A DNA stretch of 14,310 nt from Octopus sinensis (lineage: Eukaryota): assembly GCF_006345805.1 (NCBI RefSeq), contig NW_021826305.1:1-14310 (forward strand), written 5' to 3'. The notes beneath the pieces were generated by a model. The model was not told the DNA's origin. It made no database searches and was given only the letters and a program-made list of their open reading frames with translations. Of this stretch, positions 9,091-14,310 are shown one piece after another; the first letter of the stretch is position 1; every line of letters begins with the position of its first letter. The position numbers and the translations under genes are program-made.

Positions 9091-10460
9091 CAGTGCGACC
9101 TCGAATTGGGGAAAACCAAGTAGCGGAGAAACCCTCTTGTTTGGGGAAAACTTTGCTTTTAGGGAATATTATTTATTGTAACCTGTTTTCCAATTTGTAA
9201 TCAATAATTTTAAAATTTATTTAACCTGGTAACTTGTTAGTTAACTAATTAACCTGGTAAAAAATGGAAATTATCAATTTTTAAAGTTATTTTATAAATT
9301 TAGAAAACCAATGCCTAAAAAACTAAATAAAAGTGAAAAAATCAGAATTGCCAGGATATACAGTCGGGTCATAAGGATAAAATGATTAGTGAAAGATTTA
9401 ATATCTCTAAAGGAATGCTATGCCGACTAAAAAGAAAAGGCAAGGAATCCTAGCTCCAGGTTTCTCACACAGCGGACATAAAATAAGAAAAGAACGTATG
9501 ACACTTCTTTTGTGTTGCAGTTACATATGAGAAAAAATATAAACCGCTTATAATTGGGCGTACGAAGTCACCAAGAGTATTAAAATGTGTGAATCTGAAA
9601 TAAATTGGGATTGAATATGATGCTTCGTGCAAAGCCTGGATGACAACAAATATTTTTGAAAATTGGTTATCTCGATTTAACGAAAAAATGAGGGAGATAA
9701 GACGGAAAATAGCATTGTTAATTGACAATGCAACTTGTCATGCTGTTTCTCTTAAACTTTCAAACGTCGACGTAATATTTTTTTCAAAAAATAAAAGTTC
9801 CTTAATTTAGCCATGTCACCAAGGGATAATAAAGGCATTTAAGAATCATTTCAATAAATGGATTATGAAAACGATTATTTATGATAAAAATCCTGCAGCA
9901 CAAATAGATGAAGCAATAAAGAGAATCATAATATTGGATGCTATCTCATGTTCGAAGTTGGCATGGGACGACACTTCAATACAACATTGCTTTAAAAAAG
10001 CTTTGGAATATGACTGTCGGAAAAAAGAGGACATCAGAGAAAATCTGATTAATTCCGATATTGTGAAAAATGTGATTTTTGAGAGTTTCTAGAATGATAA
10101 CAGTAGTGATGAAGAGGACTGCAGCGAAAATTTCTAGAACATTTGGATGATCAACAAGTTATAAACAATGCGGAATGCGCATTCACAATGCTGCTAAATG
10201 TTATAAGTAAGAGACTCCTGAAAATTTACTTGATCTATTCAGATTCAAAGCAAATATTATGAGTTCGATGCGAAAAAACCAAAAAACTTGATTAAAATTA
10301 ACTGATTTGTTTATTAAAAAATAAAAATTGTAGGTATCCGTCTCGGTTATATTATTAAGGTAGGGTATCGAATAGGAGAGACCTAAATTTAATGAAAAAC
10401 CTTGTTATTGGGGAAAGCCTCACAATTGGAAAAAAAATTCCCCAATTCGAGGTCGCACTG
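9091..10460 (+). mobile_element. pogo/Tigger-family DNA transposon, 1370 bp, non-autonomous deletion derivative
   Basis: Perfect 23-bp TIRs CAGTGCGACCTCGAATTGGGGAA (9091-9113) and its reverse complement (10438-10460); TA TSD at 9089-9090 and 10461-10462. Confidence 0.97.
9311..10324 (+). pseudogene. Tigger/pogo DDD transposase pseudogene
   Basis: MPKKLNKSEKIRIA../GHKDKMISERFNISKGML (HTH), KERMTLLLCCS, KPLIIGRTKSPR, KAWMTTNIFENWL, LLIDNATCH (Asp 9724), LI*PCHQGII (third Asp position reads His at 9817, 30 residues after the second Asp), ending KLTDLFIKK*. The first Asp and the second HTH are deleted. Confidence 0.93.
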
Positions 10461-10740
10461 TACTTTTATTATTGCACTGTAGTTTCCTTAACTAGTTCAT
10501 TTCAGGTATAACTGAATGTATTTTTAAATTTCCTATTTTACTGTAGAGATTTTATGATCCACCTAGTAAGAGAAAACGTAAGTGTGTTTTGATGATACTC
10601 TAAGGCAGTGGTTCCCAACCTGGGGTTCCGCGAAATTTATTATATTTATTTAATAATAGTTTTTAATTATTAAAATATATTAAAACATCGCTTATATCTT
10701 GTTGCTCTTTTGAGTTAGTTGGTCAATTTATAAGATTTTA

Positions 10741-11899
<1,159 letters not shown>

Positions 11900-11920
11900 A
11901 ATTGTTTTTGGTTATTACTA

Positions 11921-12498
11921 CAGTCCGACCTCTTAAATGGGGCACTAAGTGCCTCAAATCAGAGGTTTCCCCAAAAGAGGTTTTTCAAAAAGCTCAATAA
12001 ATAAAGAAAAAGAACATTATTTTTTAAAATAATCAGTTAATTTTTCTCCAGATTTATATTTATTTTTAATTCCTAACGACACTTTCTTTCTGAATTCATA
12101 AAAATCATGAAGAAAATCTGGAATCAATCAAAGATGTTTGTCTCTAAGTTTTCCATCAAACTTAAAATTTGTGATATTGATGGTTCGCAGCTTATATTCT
12201 CATAGATATTTGGATCATTATCTTCTATTTCATCAAAACATTCATCATAACATTATTAAATATTTCTTCAGATGATTCATTTATGCAACTCGAGTCTGAT
12301 GGAGATTGTCGAAAACCTTTTGCCAGCAGCATTAAAAAAATCAATGCCCCAAATAGAGATTTTAAAATTAATTGATTTTTTTAATTTGGTTAAAAAATTT
12401 ATAATGCCCCCAAAACAGAGTTTTCCCCCCAAACAGAGTTTTCCCACCCAAAAAGAGGTGCCCCACCCCTGGAGGGCGCCCCATTAGAGGTCGGACTG
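11921..12498 (-). mobile_element. 578-bp Tigger-derived MITE nested in the 3' UTR of the hAT element
   Basis: TIRs share CAGTCCGACCTCT exactly and extend to AATGGGGC with a 2-nt indel; TA TSD at 11919-11920 and 12499-12500. The minus strand keeps PDFLHDFYEFRKKVSLGIKNKYKSGEKLTDYFKK* (stop 12017-12019), which aligns without gaps to the C-terminus of the 9091 element. Confidence 0.93.
12408..12493 (+). repeat. Array of five degenerate ~17-18 bp subterminal repeats of the MITE
   Basis: CCCCAAAACAGAGTTTT, CCCCAAACAGAGTTTT, CCCACCCAAAAAGAGGTG, CCCCACCCCTGGAGGGCG, CCCCATTAGAGGTCG; the last unit lies in the TIR. Confidence 0.85.
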
Positions 12499-12727
12499 TA
12501 TTATGTTTTAAGTGAAATTATATAATTGAATTGGAGGGGTTCCGCAAAAATTAATTAGGCCAAAAGGGTTCCGCGAGCACCTTAAGGTTGGGAACCACTG
12601 CTCTAAGGATAGCAAACTTGTCCAAAGAGCATGTAATCCTTCTGTTGAATTGGTTAGACACCGACAACAATGTGTACCACGATGACGCCAAATTGCTATA
12701 CAAACGAATTTCATTTTGAATTGAACA

Positions 12728-13190
12728 CTAATATTCATCAACAATAAGTGGTACAACATTTTTTGTGATTTTTACAATGGTAGCAGTTTTAATTGTACTC
12801 ATTGTAAAAGTAATTGAATTCTTTTTGTTAAAGTAGTTTCAATAAATATTGTGTTGGTTCTTATTGTAATAGTGTAGTCAATTTAGTTATTTTCGTGTCT
12901 GTAATAATATGATTAGTCGTTGTGCTGGTTATTATTTTTTTAATAATTCTAGTAGTCATGCAATTAAGAAATAAATGTAACCATTTTCAGTTTTGTCGAT
13001 AGTATTTTAATTGCAGTCTACTTTTTATTAAAGAAAGTTGTTATTTTATTATAGTTTTAGTAGCATTGCTAAAAATATTATAGACGTAAATGTGTTGTAT
13101 TTGTTAGTAATAATCTAAATATAGTACCGCTAGTGATAAAGTAGTTTTAACGATTTTGATTATATTAGTATTAAAGTAGTTTTTAGGATT
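12728..13190 (-). pseudogene. Frameshifted Thr/Ile/Lys-rich coding-like region
   Basis: Successive frames read NTNIIKIVKTT / FITSGTIFR / IITNKYNTFTSI / IFSNATKTIIK / MTTRIIKKIITSTTTNHIITDTKITKLTT / ITIRTNTIFIETTLTKRI / SITFTMSTIKTATIVKITKNVVPLIVDEY* (TAG at 12728-12730). Strong A>T and C>G skew on this strand. Confidence 0.5.
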
Positions 13191-14158
13191 TTCAAAAAAT
13201 TAATATTTATAAATTAAAAATTGACAGAGTTTTGACACCATCTCCACTCATAATGCTTTCAACGTAAAGTGAATACCATAAAGAAGGTATTGTTCAGCGG
13301 TTTTTTCAAACACATTTAATCAAAATTTTAATTGAGAGGGGAGTGGATATCAGCGAGCTGGAGTGAGATCTGCTTAGTTTCTGATTAACATTAATTTATT
13401 ATTGGTTTAAATTATTAAAAGTTGAATGAATTAAGAAGATTAGTTATATCTTAAATGGAAATTATAATTCCCGAGTCTTTAACTTTATACCATGCAATGA
13501 ATCCCACCGATTATATACGCTTAATCACAACACCAATTTCTTTAATGCAATATTAATTATACTACAAAGGTCTTGGAGGAGTGGTAGAATATTCGTCACT
13601 GTTAAATGCAACAAATGCCAGTCTTTTTCGAAAGTGTTTTCTTGAAAAGTAAAATGTTTTTTCTCGTATTTATCATTTCTTATGAATTAAATGATACACA
13701 AGAATTGTGCTATCAAAATGTATTTCCCTTTTTATGGCGATTGCTGTTATCTATGATTTTTTGATTATGGTTGGTTGTATCATTCGGTATTGTCCACACA
13801 CAAATTTTTTGTTCTAAAATTTTGTCACAAAATAATATCTATACTAAATTTCGAAATAAAGACACAAAACAAACTTCATTTATTAAACCACATCATCATA
13901 GTTCATTGATTAAATTAATTTGGCGATTTCACTAATCTTTGCATGTCTTTTTTTAATATTTACTAAACTATTTTAAGAATGCAAATTATTTTAAAGAATA
14001 CCTAAAATCATGCTGAATGAAATTATTCTTTAGTCTGAAAGAACCGCTGCTCTAGAATGTGATGTTTATTGAATTTTTCAAATCCACCACATTTTAATTA
14101 TCTATTAATGTTATTCAGATTTCAAAAATCGATATTAATTTCCTTTTTTTATCTTTAG

Positions 14159-14310
14159 GGCGGAAGGATCCGTGAAGGATTTGTCAGAAGAATTTTGCAA
14201 GGCAACAAGAAGAAACGGGGTAGGGTGTCAGGTCTTTCCCCATTGTGTAAATTACGACACCACCACAACAACCAACAACGACAACCACACAACAACGATA
14301 GGAGTACGTG
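14159..14310 (+). other. Candidate exon running off the window edge
   Basis: Polypyrimidine tract TCCTTTTTTTATCTTTAG ends at 14158, followed by an abrupt rise in GC. Two of three frames stay open to the window end, and a CAA/ACA-rich tract lies near the end. Confidence 0.35.

Noticed and set aside
10474-10481. GCACTGTA duplicating the last bases of the Tigger right end
   Set aside because: An 8-nt match with no further TIR similarity; it also lies in the open frame of the reconstructed exon.
12408-12493. CRISPR-like repeat array
   Set aside because: Units are adjacent with no unique spacers, lie inside a TA-flanked MITE, and there are no cas genes.

Overview
AT-rich eukaryotic DNA that is mostly a graveyard of decayed transposons; I can support no intact protein-coding gene, rRNA, tRNA or CRISPR array. 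Three DNA transposons have both ends and target-site duplications (TSDs): a pogo/Tigger element (9091-10460, 23-bp TIR, TA TSD), a Buster-type hAT (10606-12600, 16-bp TIR, CTCTAAGG TSD) and a 578-bp Tigger-derived MITE nested in the hAT (11921-12498). Further remnants come from two other hAT copies/families, another pogo left end, two R4/Dong-like and two CRE-like non-LTR fragments, and a probable LINE C-terminus. I found no confirmed new system. The best leads are: (1) a 369-bp non-coding, hairpin-rich insertion with a 12-bp TSD and an (ATTC)5 tail; (2) a 100-codon ORF that reappears when two transposons and two very short GT-AG introns are removed in silico; (3) a candidate 24-nt intron in the hAT transposase; (4) a frameshifted Thr/Ile/Lys-rich gene converging on that ORF. 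All family assignments come from motif recognition by eye, not database searches.
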